A stretch of DNA of 64,000 bases, taken from assembly GCA_965214705.1 (NCBI GenBank), contig OZ243972.1, forward strand, positions 2,784,001 to 2,848,000, given 5' to 3'. Every line of letters begins with the position of its first letter. Position 1 is the first letter of the stretch. Made by a program: the position numbers and the translations under genes. Origin of the DNA: Alphaproteobacteria bacterium. GTDB lineage: Bacteria > Pseudomonadota > Alphaproteobacteria > UBA828. The notes below the pieces were generated by a model. The model saw only the letters and a program-made list of their open reading frames with translations. It searched no databases and was not told the origin of the DNA. Positions 51,230-60,184 of this stretch are shown here, in pieces.

Positions 51230-51453
51230 GGGAACGCTCCTGATGTTGGGTCTGATGTTGGGTTGTCGGCGCGGCATCCTACCGCATCTCGCGGTGCGGA
51301 GCGTTCCCACCCACCACTGCTGGATGCCGCCGTTGTGACAAAATCCGGCCCTGCACCGGCCGATTGTCACGAAAACCCGATTCTGGCTGCCTACGGCCAC
51401 CCGCCAATCGCGCTAAATCAATGACTTACGATCGCCATGCCAGACCTACACCC

Positions 51454-51830
51454 CCACGGATCCCCATGTGATAGAGCTTTGTGGGTTGACACGCGCAGGC
51501 AGGTCTCGATGTCGCGCAAGCTGGCCCGATAAGTGAGCTGAGCGAAGGCCATGCATCGGTACTGATCCGCGCAGGTGAACGACTTGATCTTGCGGTTTCC
51601 GTTGTAACGGGCCACGCAGCGACGGAAACTGTGCCAGGGTAGGTGATCCATGATTTGCGCGAAGACCAGCTTGCCGGAATACATCGGCCATCCTCTCCTG
51701 ATACATGTTGGACAGGAAAAGCGTGCCGAACCGGCGCTACGGTCTCAAGTCGGTGACTCCCTTGAACAGGATTTCTCGAACGAATATCAATCTGTTAACC
51801 GCACCAACTTCGAAAACGTTGGGACACTAG
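51454..51830 (-). mobile_element. IS4-family (DUF4372-type) remnant: left end plus 5' part of transposase
   Basis: MYSGKLVFAQIMD...MAFAQLTYRASLRDIE (starts 51684); end sequence CTAGTGTCCCAACG. Confidence 0.82.
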
Positions 51831-51867
51831 TGACTATTCGTATTTCTTGCAAAACGGTGAGGTTCTG

Positions 51868-52553
51868 GTCGCCCCCCACGCGGGGGGCGCGGATTGAAAC
51901 TGTGCACTGCCGTCGTCGAACGAGCCGAAAGGCTTATCCCCTTACATCCGGCTTCTCCATATGTGGGGTGCCGGATCGCTGGGCACTTTACGGGCAACCC
52001 ATTGAGACACGGAAGGAACTGCGACCGTGTCGGATACCGCCGCCGAGGTGATCGGTACAACATGTTGGGGAACCGGAGCCAGAGGGATAAGCCTTCGAGC
52101 CGATATGCACGTCGCCCCCCACGCGGGGGGCGCGGATTGAAACATCGCGGAGGCCAGGCTCGCGGGTGCGGTCTGGTGTCGCCCCCCACGCGGGGGGCGC
52201 GGATTGAAACAACTATCTGGCGCCCGGCGAGGAGCCGGATCCGGGTCGCCCCCCACGCGGGGGGGGGGGGGGGCGCGGATTGAAACATGCGCGGCCGAGT
52301 CCATGGCGGCGCCTGTCTGGTCGCCCCCCACGCGGGGGGCGCGGATTGAAACTTGACTCCACCAACCCGCACGTAGACCTGGCGAGTCGCCCCCCACGCG
52401 GGGGGCGCGGATTGAAACCGCTACTGGGACAGCGAGCACGTCGAGGCTGCGGGTCGCCCCCCACGCGGGGGGCGCGGATTGAAACGTCTGCGCATCCAGC
52501 GCCTGCGTCGTCGTCTTGGCGTCGCCCCCCACGCGGGGGGCGCGGATTGAAAC
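51868..52553 (+). CRISPR. Type I-C-like CRISPR array: 8 repeats, 7 spacers
   Basis: 33-bp repeat GTCGCCCCCCACGCGGGGGGCGCGGATTGAAAC at 51868, 52111, 52178, 52245, 52320, 52386, 52453, 52521; spacers 33-35 bp except the first (210 bp). Confidence 0.97.
51929..52095. mobile_element. 167-bp MITE inserted in CRISPR spacer 1
   Basis: 12-bp IR AAGGCTTATCCC; 8-bp duplication CGAGCCGA at 51921-51928 and 52096-52103; removal restores a 35-bp spacer. Confidence 0.92.
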
Positions 52554-52838
52554 ACGTGTCGTCGGCGGTGTCGTGCAAAATCTGGCCTCATTTGACCGCA
52601 GTTCTGATTGAACGAAGCCGCTACGCGGAGTTGGCGGCTTAGGGTTCGCTAATTTCCGTGATGCTGCAGGTTCTGCTGGCGGGTGTCGCGTGCGTTTCTG
52701 GATTACGCCGAGCGCCGAAGTGCCGGTGAGGCGAGACGCCGGCAGCTTGCCGATCACCAGTGGTTAGCATCGATCTCCGAGACGGTCCGCCGTCGGAACG
52801 GTTCGGCGGCTCGCCGTCGCGATCACGGGAGATCGACG

Positions 52839-53717
52839 ATGACCGAGAAAGCCGCCAACGGGACAACCGGCACCCCTCTTCGCCAGAAGATGATCGACCA
52901 GATGCGCATTGCCGGTCTGGCCGAGAGCACGCAGGCCATCTACATCGGCGAGATCAAGCAGCTGGCCAAGCACTTCAAGGCCTCGCCGGCCGACCTCGAT
53001 GCCGACCAGCTGCGCACCTGGGTCCTGTCCGGCATCGAGCGCGGCCTGAAGCCGACGACGACCAACGTCACCGTCGCCGCCCTGAAGTTCCTCTACGCCG
53101 ACACGTTGGGGAGCCCCGAGCTCGTGACCGGACTGCGCGCCCGCAAGAAGCAGCGCAAGCTGCCACGTCACATGGCGGAGGAGGAGGTCGAGCGCATCAT
53201 CCTTGCAACGCCCGACCTCCGGTACCGCGCCGCCATCGTCACCGCTTATGGCTCAGGGCTTCGCATCTCCGAGACCGTTGCCATCAGGGTCGGCGACATC
53301 AAGTCGGACAAGAAGCTGCTACACATCCCTTCCGGCAAGGGCGGCACCGAGAGGATGGCACCGATGCCGGAAGCCGTCATCCATTACCTGCGCGGCTACT
53401 ACAAGAACATCTGGCCGGAGCCGGAGAGCTGGCTCTTCTATGGCGCCTCGCCCGACCTGCCCATCCGGACATCGGCCCTGCACTATGCCTTCAAGAAGGC
53501 GCGCGAGCGGGCCGGCATCGACAGCCGCTACAGCTTCCACTGTCTGCGGCATTCGGCCGCCACCCATCTTCACGAGCGCGGCGCCAACATGGAGGTGATC
53601 CGCGACGCGCTGGGCCATCGTCGTGCGGACACGACCCGCGAGTACGCGCGCTCGACCGCCAAGATGTTCGAGGGCCTCGACCACCCCGTCTCGGGCTTCC
53701 CGGTGCTTCGCAACTGA
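52839..53717 (+). CDS. Tyrosine recombinase of the integrase + IS91-like transposase module
   Basis: LRQKMIDQM, GLRISE, GKG, HCLRHS.ATHL, LGH, TREY. Confidence 0.92.
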   Translation: MTEKAANGTTGTPLRQKMIDQMRIAGLAESTQAIYIGEIKQLAKHFKASPADLDADQLRTWVLSGIERGLKPTTTNVTVAALKFLYADTLGSPELVTGLRARKKQRKLPRHMAEEEVERIILATPDLRYRAAIVTAYGSGLRISETVAIRVGDIKSDKKLLHIPSGKGGTERMAPMPEAVIHYLRGYYKNIWPEPESWLFYGASPDLPIRTSALHYAFKKARERAGIDSRYSFHCLRHSAATHLHERGANMEVIRDALGHRRADTTREYARSTAKMFEGLDHPVSGFPVLRN

Positions 53718-53993
53718 GGGCGCGTGGCACGCGAGCGCGCCGGCAGCGCTTTCCGTGAGCGCATGGCCGGCCGGCTCGACGCTGGACGGCTCAAGGTCAT
53801 GGCGGCGATCGAGGCATGCCGCACCGCCGTGCTCGGTGGGCACATGTATGCCTGCGAGGGCTGCGGGCGGGAGCATCCGCTCTTCAGATACCATGAGCAC
53901 GGTGGCACCGAATCGATTCTGGCGGTTAGACAAGCTCGGAGAGAAGGCCAGCACCTTCTCTCCGAGCGGAATCGTCAACAACGGAGTGGACGG

Positions 53994-55190
53994 ATGTCGG
54001 ATGGTCCAGACACGACCGCGCTGACAGGCGCAAGTAGTAGCACGATTTATGTCGCGGTGGAGATCAGCCTCAAATCGTGGATCGTTGGCGTGCATTGCCC
54101 GGATGCCTCGGGTGGCAGCATCAGCATCCACACACTGGCTGCTGCCGACACGGCGGGACTGTTGGATCTCGTCGGGTCGGTGCGGGAACGGGTGGCGAGG
54201 GAGCTCGGCGCCCGTCCTCGGGTGATGCTGACCTACGAGGCGGGCTACGAGGGGTTCTGGCTTGCCCGCGATATCGAGCGCCGTGACGCGGAGATCGATA
54301 TCTTCATGAACGATCCGGCGAGCCTGCGGGTGAACCGGCGCGCCAAGAAGAAAAAGACCGACCGTATCGACGCGAGGAGGATGGTTCGGGCTCTGAAGGC
54401 ATGGGACCAAGGCGATTCGGAGGCCATGTCCTGGGTGCGCGTGCCCGATGTGGACCAGGAGGATGCCAAGCGCCTGCTGCGCGAGAGGGACACGCTGATC
54501 AGCGAGCGTACCCGCGTCAACAACCGGATCAAAGGGCTCTTGCAGTTGCACGGCATCTTCGATCTGGCGCCGCGCAAGCCGGACTTCCTCGAACGCCTCG
54601 CGACCGCGCGGACGGGCTATGGGGCGCCGTTGCCGCCGCGTGCGCGGGCAGAGATTGAGAGGGCGGTGGGGATGCTTCGCCTGGTTGAGGAGCATATCGA
54701 GATGATCGAGGCCGAGAAGAGGGCCCTGCTGAAGGCTGGCCGGAAAGCCCAGGACGCGACCAATCGTGACGGGACGGCGATGATCGCGGCGCTTACGCGC
54801 ATCCATGGCATCGGCCTCAATGACGCCACACTGCTGGCTGGCGAGGTGTTCTATCGGGACTTCCGCAATCGCCGGGAGTTGGGCAGCTGGGCCGGGTTGA
54901 CGTCGGTGCCGTGGGCGAGCGGAGATGTCGACCACGATCTTGGCATCAGCAAGGCCGGCCCCTCGCATGTCAGGAAGCACATGATCCAGATGGCTTGGCG
55001 CTGGCTGAAGCTGCAACCGGAAAGCGCGATCACGAAGTGGTTCCACGCCTACGTCGCCAGGGATGCCGGTGGCGGGAGGGACCGGCGAGCGAGGAAGCGG
55101 GCGATCGTGGGGGTCGCGCGCAAGCTGCTGATCGCGCTGTGGCGCTATGCCACCCAAGGACTGGTGCCTGAGGGCGCCATCGTCTCCTGA
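53994..55190 (+). CDS. IS110-family DEDD recombinase/transposase
   Basis: YVAVEIS, YEAGYEGFW, KTDRIDA, IHGIG, AGLT..PWASG, GISKAG, AIVGVARKL. Confidence 0.95.
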   Translation: MSDGPDTTALTGASSSTIYVAVEISLKSWIVGVHCPDASGGSISIHTLAAADTAGLLDLVGSVRERVARELGARPRVMLTYEAGYEGFWLARDIERRDAEIDIFMNDPASLRVNRRAKKKKTDRIDARRMVRALKAWDQGDSEAMSWVRVPDVDQEDAKRLLRERDTLISERTRVNNRIKGLLQLHGIFDLAPRKPDFLERLATARTGYGAPLPPRARAEIERAVGMLRLVEEHIEMIEAEKRALLKAGRKAQDATNRDGTAMIAALTRIHGIGLNDATLLAGEVFYRDFRNRRELGSWAGLTSVPWASGDVDHDLGISKAGPSHVRKHMIQMAWRWLKLQPESAITKWFHAYVARDAGGGRDRRARKRAIVGVARKLLIALWRYATQGLVPEGAIVS

Positions 55191-55535
55191 GGGCACCGGC
55201 CGAACGAACGGGAAAATACAGGAGGTTCCGACGTGGTCGGACGCGGCCGCGGAGGATGCCGGGCAAGGCGTGTGACCGGGCAAGAGTTGGGTCGCCGCTT
55301 GGCACCGTTCTACAGATGGGTCCCGCCTCCCGGAACGTCACCACCGCTTGGATGCGGTATTGGGGTCACGGAGCCGGCAAGCGCCGGAGTTCCGAACCGG
55401 ATAAGAGCTGAGCAGCGTGGCGGATCGCTGCGTGGAAACGACGTTCTGCCTGGACATCGGCCGCGGATTCGAGTGGAGAGATTGCGAATGCCATTGACGT
55501 AGATGAAGCCGGGCCTTGCGGAGAGAGCTCATAAG
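55191..55535 (+). ncRNA. Candidate bridge/seek RNA (target loop about 55274-55322, donor loop about 55345-55415)
   Basis: Two stem-internal loop-hairpin modules whose loop strands match the reconstituted target and the circle junction. Confidence 0.75.
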
Positions 55536-55720
55536 AACTCCTGCCGCAACCGGCACTGTCCGACCTGCCAGGGCATGGCTGCCATCCGCTGGAGCGAGGC
55601 GCGCGCCGCCGAGCTCCTGCCGGTGCCCTACTTCCACGTGGTCTTCACCCTGCCGAGCGAGGTCGCCGAGATCCCGGCGCACTCAACGAGGACAACGCCG
55701 CCGAGGCCGCGCGCTGGTAC

Positions 55721-56047
55721 ATGCCCGACGCCATGATCCGCCACGAGGGACGCACCGCGCCCGAGAACCTGCGCATCCTCGGCGCACGCGGCGATTCCAT
55801 GGAGCCCTTCATCGGAGAGGGCGACAGGATCGTGGTCGACATCTCCCGCCGCATGCCGGTGACCGGCGAGATGGTGGTGCTCTGGGACGGCGGCGGCCTC
55901 GTGGTCAAGCGGGTCGAGATGCTGGCCCGCTCCGATCCCCCCGCGATACGACTGCTCTCCGCGAACCCGGACTACGAGCCCTATACCTGCCTGATCGACG
56001 AGGCCCATATCGTCGGCAAGGTGATCTGGACCGTCAGGAAGGTCTGA
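55721..56047 (+). pseudogene. S24 peptidase (LexA/CI-like) C-terminal domain lacking HTH
   Basis: GDSMEP, LVVKR, LLSANPDY, IVGKV. Confidence 0.8.
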
Positions 56048-56182
56048 GCCGGACCGTCAGACGCGAGGTCGCCGGCGCCCGGGTGCCGGCGCCTTCTCGA
56101 AAACACTTCTCGAAAATCATGTAGGCCGACCGCGCCGGGACCGCTAAAGTATTGACCAGTTGCATGACCACAAGGGGCTGTC

Positions 56183-56422
56183 GTGATCACCGTCAATCTG
56201 GCGCAGGCCAAGGCGCGCCTCAGCGAAATCCTGGACAAGGTCGAGTCGGGTCAGGACGTGGTCATCACTCGTCGCGGCAAGGCCGTGGCGCACGTGTCTG
56301 CCGTCGTCCGACCCAGGAATCCGCTGCCGCTGGGAGACCTGGCCGAGTTTCGGGCGGCCATGCCTCGCTTGCGGCGCCCTGCCGCCGACTTGCTCCGCGA
56401 GGTGCGGGACGAGCGTTTGTGA
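56183..56422 (+). CDS. Phd/YefM-family antitoxin
   Basis: VNLAQAKARLSEILDKVESGQDVVITRRGKAVA. Confidence 0.92.
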   Translation: MITVNLAQAKARLSEILDKVESGQDVVITRRGKAVAHVSAVVRPRNPLPLGDLAEFRAAMPRLRRPAADLLREVRDERL

Positions 56423-56440
56423 AGTCGGCAATCCCCTCGG

Positions 56441-56893
56441 ATGCGCTATTTCGACACCAGTTTCCTCGTGCCCCTCATCCTCCCCGAGGCCACCAGCGAA
56501 CCGATAGCCGGATTCTTCGAAAACCTGCCGGCCGACGAACTGGCGGTCAGCCACCGGACCCGGGTCGAGTTCGCCTCGCTGCTTGCCCGCGAGGTCCGCA
56601 TGGGCGAGCTTGACCCCTCAGCGGCGCACGAGGCGGGGTCACGGTTCGAATCCATGATCGAGGAGTCCTTTGTCGTCTTGTTGCCGGACCGTAACGATTT
56701 CGATCGGGCCAGGGATTGGGTCAACCGGTTCGAGACCGGTCTGAGGGTGGGGGACGCATTGCACCTCGCCATTGCGGACAACCACCGGGCCGATGCGATC
56801 CACAGCCTGGACAAGTCGATGGTGGCGGCCGCAACGCAGTTGGGCTTGCCCGCTACCGAAGGCATCCTCCTTTCGAGCCACGGCGATCGATGA
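56441..56893 (+). CDS. vapC: PIN-domain toxin
   Basis: YFDTS, VEFAS, LRVGDALHLA, SLD. Confidence 0.92.
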   Translation: MRYFDTSFLVPLILPEATSEPIAGFFENLPADELAVSHRTRVEFASLLAREVRMGELDPSAAHEAGSRFESMIEESFVVLLPDRNDFDRARDWVNRFETGLRVGDALHLAIADNHRADAIHSLDKSMVAAATQLGLPATEGILLSSHGDR

Positions 56894-56989
56894 CATCCAT
56901 CAGCGCGTTTGCCGACGAGAATGTCGACCGACCCCATGTCGCTCGACGCCAACGCGCCCGGCGCTGCACCGGCGCCGTCCATAACGTCT

Positions 56990-57309
56990 CGGGCTGGCCC
57001 CAATTCGGGACCACCTGGGGACGCGGTGGAGCAGCGACTTGCCGGATGTGACGGGCGCGAATATGAGCGGCACGCCTACGGGCAGCGTCGCTTCGATATG
57101 CTCGACCGTGCCCGGCCATTCGACTTCGCCCAGCGGTGCGTGGACGGCTACGAGTTGGGCGAGCGGGACGATCCGCGACAGCAGGATCGTCATGGCCTGT
57201 GAAGCCTTGCCGCCTGAATGAATGATTGATTGATGGCGACGAGGGCGCCGGCACGAATCATGTCGTCGCACCGCGGCGGCATGGGAATGTCGGCGATGCG
57301 GCTGGACAT
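56990..57309 (-). pseudogene. PAPS-reductase-family protein N-terminal fragment, frameshifted
   Basis: MIRAGALVAIN / HSGGKASQAMTILL..VHAPLGEVEWPG in two frames. Confidence 0.65.
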
Positions 57310-57476
57310 GGTTCGGTCTCCCCGGCGGTGGCGCGAGACGCCGCTCTCCGGCCCCCACGAGGCGCCTGGAGCAGGCCAACCTCGAACGCCTGAAGCCGCG
57401 CCGCGAGGCTTGGCAGTGCGACACGCCGGTGGCGTCGCTCCGGCAGGAAGAGGGCGGAATTGCCGCTGCCGGGATC
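57221..57476. repeat. Direct repeat copy 1 flanking IS1634
   Basis: Near-identical to 59394-59645 (3 substitutions and a 4-bp indel seen). Confidence 0.92.
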
Positions 57477-59393
57477 CCTGACTTCGACGGTTGAGCCGAG
57501 TTTTCGCTGGAATCCCGGTTCGGGATTCCAGTAAAGACAATGACTTGGCAGTTGCGGTGCGGTCAAGTCGGTTTGTTGTGCCTAGTAGTTATTTTGGGTT
57601 GTCCACGCCGCCGCTCGCTATGCTTCCCCCATGTTCGTGCGCATCAAGACCACCCCTAACAGCCCGCGACGCTCGGTCCAGCTCGTCGAGGGCGTGCGCG
57701 ACGGCGGCAAGGTCCGACAGCGCATCGTCCGCCACATCGGCGTCGCCATGGACGAGGACGAGCTCGAGCGCCTGAGGCAGCTCGGCGAGTACGTCAAGGC
57801 GAAGCTGGAGGACGAGCGCCAGCCCTTGCTGTTCGCGCCCGAGAAGATCGCCGAGCAGGTGATCCGCGTCGGCCGCCAGGGGGACGGCAAGCAGGAACTC
57901 CCGGTCGACCTCAAGCAGATCGAGGAGGAGCAGCGCCTGGTCACAGGCGTCCACGAGGTCTACGGCGAGATGTACCGCCTGCTGGGCCTCGACGCGCTGC
58001 TGCCGCGCTCGCGCTACCGCGCCTCGCACGACGCGCTGTTCCACGTGGTGATGGCACGGATCGCCAACCCCGACAGCAAGCGGGGCAGCGTGCGCCGGCT
58101 CGAGGAGGACTTCGGCGTGAGCCTGCCCCTCGAGAAGGTCTACCGGATGATGGACCAGCTCGACGCGAAGGTGATCGAGCGCCTGCGCACGCGCATCGGC
58201 GAGGCGAGCCGGTCGCTGCTGCCGGAGCCGGTCGCGATCCTCTTCTTCGATTGCACCACGCTCTACTTCGAGACCGCCGTTGAGGACGAGCTTCGCCAGC
58301 ACGGCTTCAGCAAGGACGGCAAGCACAAGGACTCGCAGGTCCTGCTGGCATTGATGGTGACGCGCGAAGGGCTGCCGATCGGCTACGAGGTCTTCCCCGG
58401 CGCCACCTACGAGGGGCACAGCCTGGTCCCGGTCCTGCAGGACATGCAGCGCCGCCACCAGGTGGAGCGCACTGTGTGTGTGGCCGACCGGGGCATGCTG
58501 AGCGCCGACAACCTCGACGCCATGGACAGGATCGGCGGCGAGTACGTCGTCGGCGCGCGGCTGCGCAAGCTGCCGCTCGCGCTGCTGAGGCAGATTCTCG
58601 ACCCGGACACCTATGCCCCGCTGGAGGGCTCGGAGAACCGCCGGGTCGGCGAATGGGAGTACAAGGGCCGGCGCCTGATTGTCGTCTTCTGCCCCGTGCG
58701 GGCGCGCAAGGACGCCCACGAGCGCCGCAAGCAGGTGGAGCGCGTGCTCGACAAGCTGGCCCGCAGCGACAATCCGAAGGAGCTGCTCTCCAATCACGGA
58801 GCGAAGCGCTTCATCGCCGTCGAGGGCGAAGCCCGGCTCACGGTGAACGCGGAGAAGATCGCCGAGGCCGAGCGATGGGACGGGCTCGCCGGCGTCATCA
58901 CCAATCTGCGCGACGCGAGCGTCACCGAAGTGATGTCTCACTACCACGGGCTCTGGCAGGTCGAGGAGAGCTTCCGCATCACCAAGCACGACCTCCGGGT
59001 GCGGCCCATCTGGCACTGGAACCCGGACCGGATCCGCGCCCACATCGCCATCGCCTTCATGGCCTTCGCCTGCGTCCGCCACCTGGCGTACCGCGTCGCC
59101 ATCCAGAAGCGGCGGATGTCCCCGGAGGTCATCCGCTCCGCCCTCGTCCACCGCCAATGCTCCGTCCTGCGCTGCCGGCAATCAGGAAACCGCTACGTCA
59201 TCCCCTCGAAGCCGACACCGGCGGCGGAACAGATCTACGCGACCATGGGGCTGCCCCTGACGATCACGCCGTACCAGCTCGCTTGATCGCCGGCGAAGCC
59301 CGGCCCGGACCCGAAATGCCGGATGTTGTGCCTAGCCAGAAATGAGAACTGGGTTATATCAACCACTTACGAAAATAAACCGTCGAAGTCAGG
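57477..59393 (+). mobile_element. IS1634-family element, 1917 bp
   Basis: 16-bp IR CCTGACTTCGACGGTT at both ends. Confidence 0.92.
57631..59286 (+). CDS. IS1634-family transposase
   Basis: FFDCTTLYFE, GFSKDGK, VADRGM, YHGLWQVEESFR..K..L.VRPIWH. Confidence 0.95.
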   Translation: MFVRIKTTPNSPRRSVQLVEGVRDGGKVRQRIVRHIGVAMDEDELERLRQLGEYVKAKLEDERQPLLFAPEKIAEQVIRVGRQGDGKQELPVDLKQIEEEQRLVTGVHEVYGEMYRLLGLDALLPRSRYRASHDALFHVVMARIANPDSKRGSVRRLEEDFGVSLPLEKVYRMMDQLDAKVIERLRTRIGEASRSLLPEPVAILFFDCTTLYFETAVEDELRQHGFSKDGKHKDSQVLLALMVTREGLPIGYEVFPGATYEGHSLVPVLQDMQRRHQVERTVCVADRGMLSADNLDAMDRIGGEYVVGARLRKLPLALLRQILDPDTYAPLEGSENRRVGEWEYKGRRLIVVFCPVRARKDAHERRKQVERVLDKLARSDNPKELLSNHGAKRFIAVEGEARLTVNAEKIAEAERWDGLAGVITNLRDASVTEVMSHYHGLWQVEESFRITKHDLRVRPIWHWNPDRIRAHIAIAFMAFACVRHLAYRVAIQKRRMSPEVIRSALVHRQCSVLRCRQSGNRYVIPSKPTPAAEQIYATMGLPLTITPYQLA

Positions 59394-59645
59394 AATGATT
59401 GATGGCGACGAGGGCGCCGGCACGAATCATGTCGTGGCACCGCGGCGGCATGGGAATGTCGGCGATGCGGCTGGACATGGTTCGGTCTCCCCGGCGGTGG
59501 CGCGAGACGCCGCTCTCCGGCCCCCACGAGTCGCCCGGAGCAGGCCAACCTCGAACGCCTGAAGCCGCGCCGCGAGGCTTGGCAGTGCGACACGCCGGTG
59601 GCGTCGCTCCGGCAGGAAGAGGGCGGAATTGCCGCTGCCGGGATC
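59394..59645. repeat. Direct repeat copy 2 flanking IS1634
   Basis: Begins immediately after the right IR. Confidence 0.92.
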
Positions 59646-59747
59646 GAAACGGCGGAGGTTTCGTGCTAACCGTGGGCGCCGGCCTCGGCTATGGTCTGTC
59701 GGGCGGATCGGGCGTTCCGAGAACGCGGCAACGCAGGGAGAGAACGG

Positions 59748-60030
59748 GTGAACAAGTCGGAGATCGCGGGCCTTGTGGCCGCCCGGACCGGAGTCGGAAA
59801 GTCCGCGGCCGGGTATGCGGTGGACGCCGTGTTCGAGGCGATCTCGGAGGCCCTGGCCAAGGGCGAGGATGTGCGGATCGCCGGCTTCGGCACCTTCGGC
59901 ACCAGGAGCCGCCCCGCCCGCACTGGGCGCAATCCCAGGACGGGAGAAAGCTGAACATCGCTGCCTCGACCGCACCGACGTTCAAAGCCGGCAAGCCGTT
60001 AGCGGGATGCCGTCACCGCAGGCGAATCAT
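59748..60030 (+). pseudogene. hup: HU-family DNA-binding protein, frameshifted
   Basis: MNKSEIA...IAGFGTF...GRNPRTGE then stop; LNIAASTAPTFKAGKPL continues in another frame. Confidence 0.85.
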
Positions 60031-60184
60031 GATCGGGGTGACGGGCGATCGAGGACAAGCGGGGACAGGAGGGGCCGCATGTTGAATTCGGCCGCTTGCC
60101 GTTCGAAGACAGCGCGAGGTCCGGCAGGATCGCCGTGCTGCGAGAAATCAAGCAGGGGTAAGGGGTTGGTGCAGGGATGGCGGG

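Larger units (their letters stand above)
45486..51453 (-). mobile_element. ISKra4-family IS interrupted by IS21
   Basis: Imperfect IRs GGGTGTGATTCTCGTATGGCGAT / GGGTGTAGGTCTGGCATGGCGAT; flanks do not form a target duplication. Confidence 0.82.
53886..55535 (+). mobile_element. IS110-family, IS1111-type element, 1650 bp
   Basis: Removal restores the IS91 reading frame with no duplication; subterminal IR ATGAGC 7 nt from the left end and GCTCAT 3 nt from the right end; long 3' non-coding end. Confidence 0.92.
53724..55680 (+). pseudogene. IS91-family (Y2) transposase N-terminal Zn-binding region, split by IS110 and 3'-truncated
   Basis: ACRTAVLGGH..CEGC..HPLF (to 53885) rejoins NSCRNRHCPTCQ...LLPVPYFHVVFTLP (from 55536). 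Confidence 0.88.

Noticed and set aside
51901-52520. Self-targeting spacers within the window
   Set aside because: No protospacer match was seen by eye; a computational search is needed to exclude it fully.
44089-53717. CRISPR-associated transposon (IstAB or integrase plus array)
   Set aside because: The transposases belong to discrete IS elements with their own ends that disrupt the cas locus; no TniQ or Cascade genes are present.
53724-55190. 488-aa ORF as a novel IS91-IS110 fusion protein
   Set aside because: In-frame read-through created by the IS110 insertion; the IS110 gene has its own ATG at 53994.
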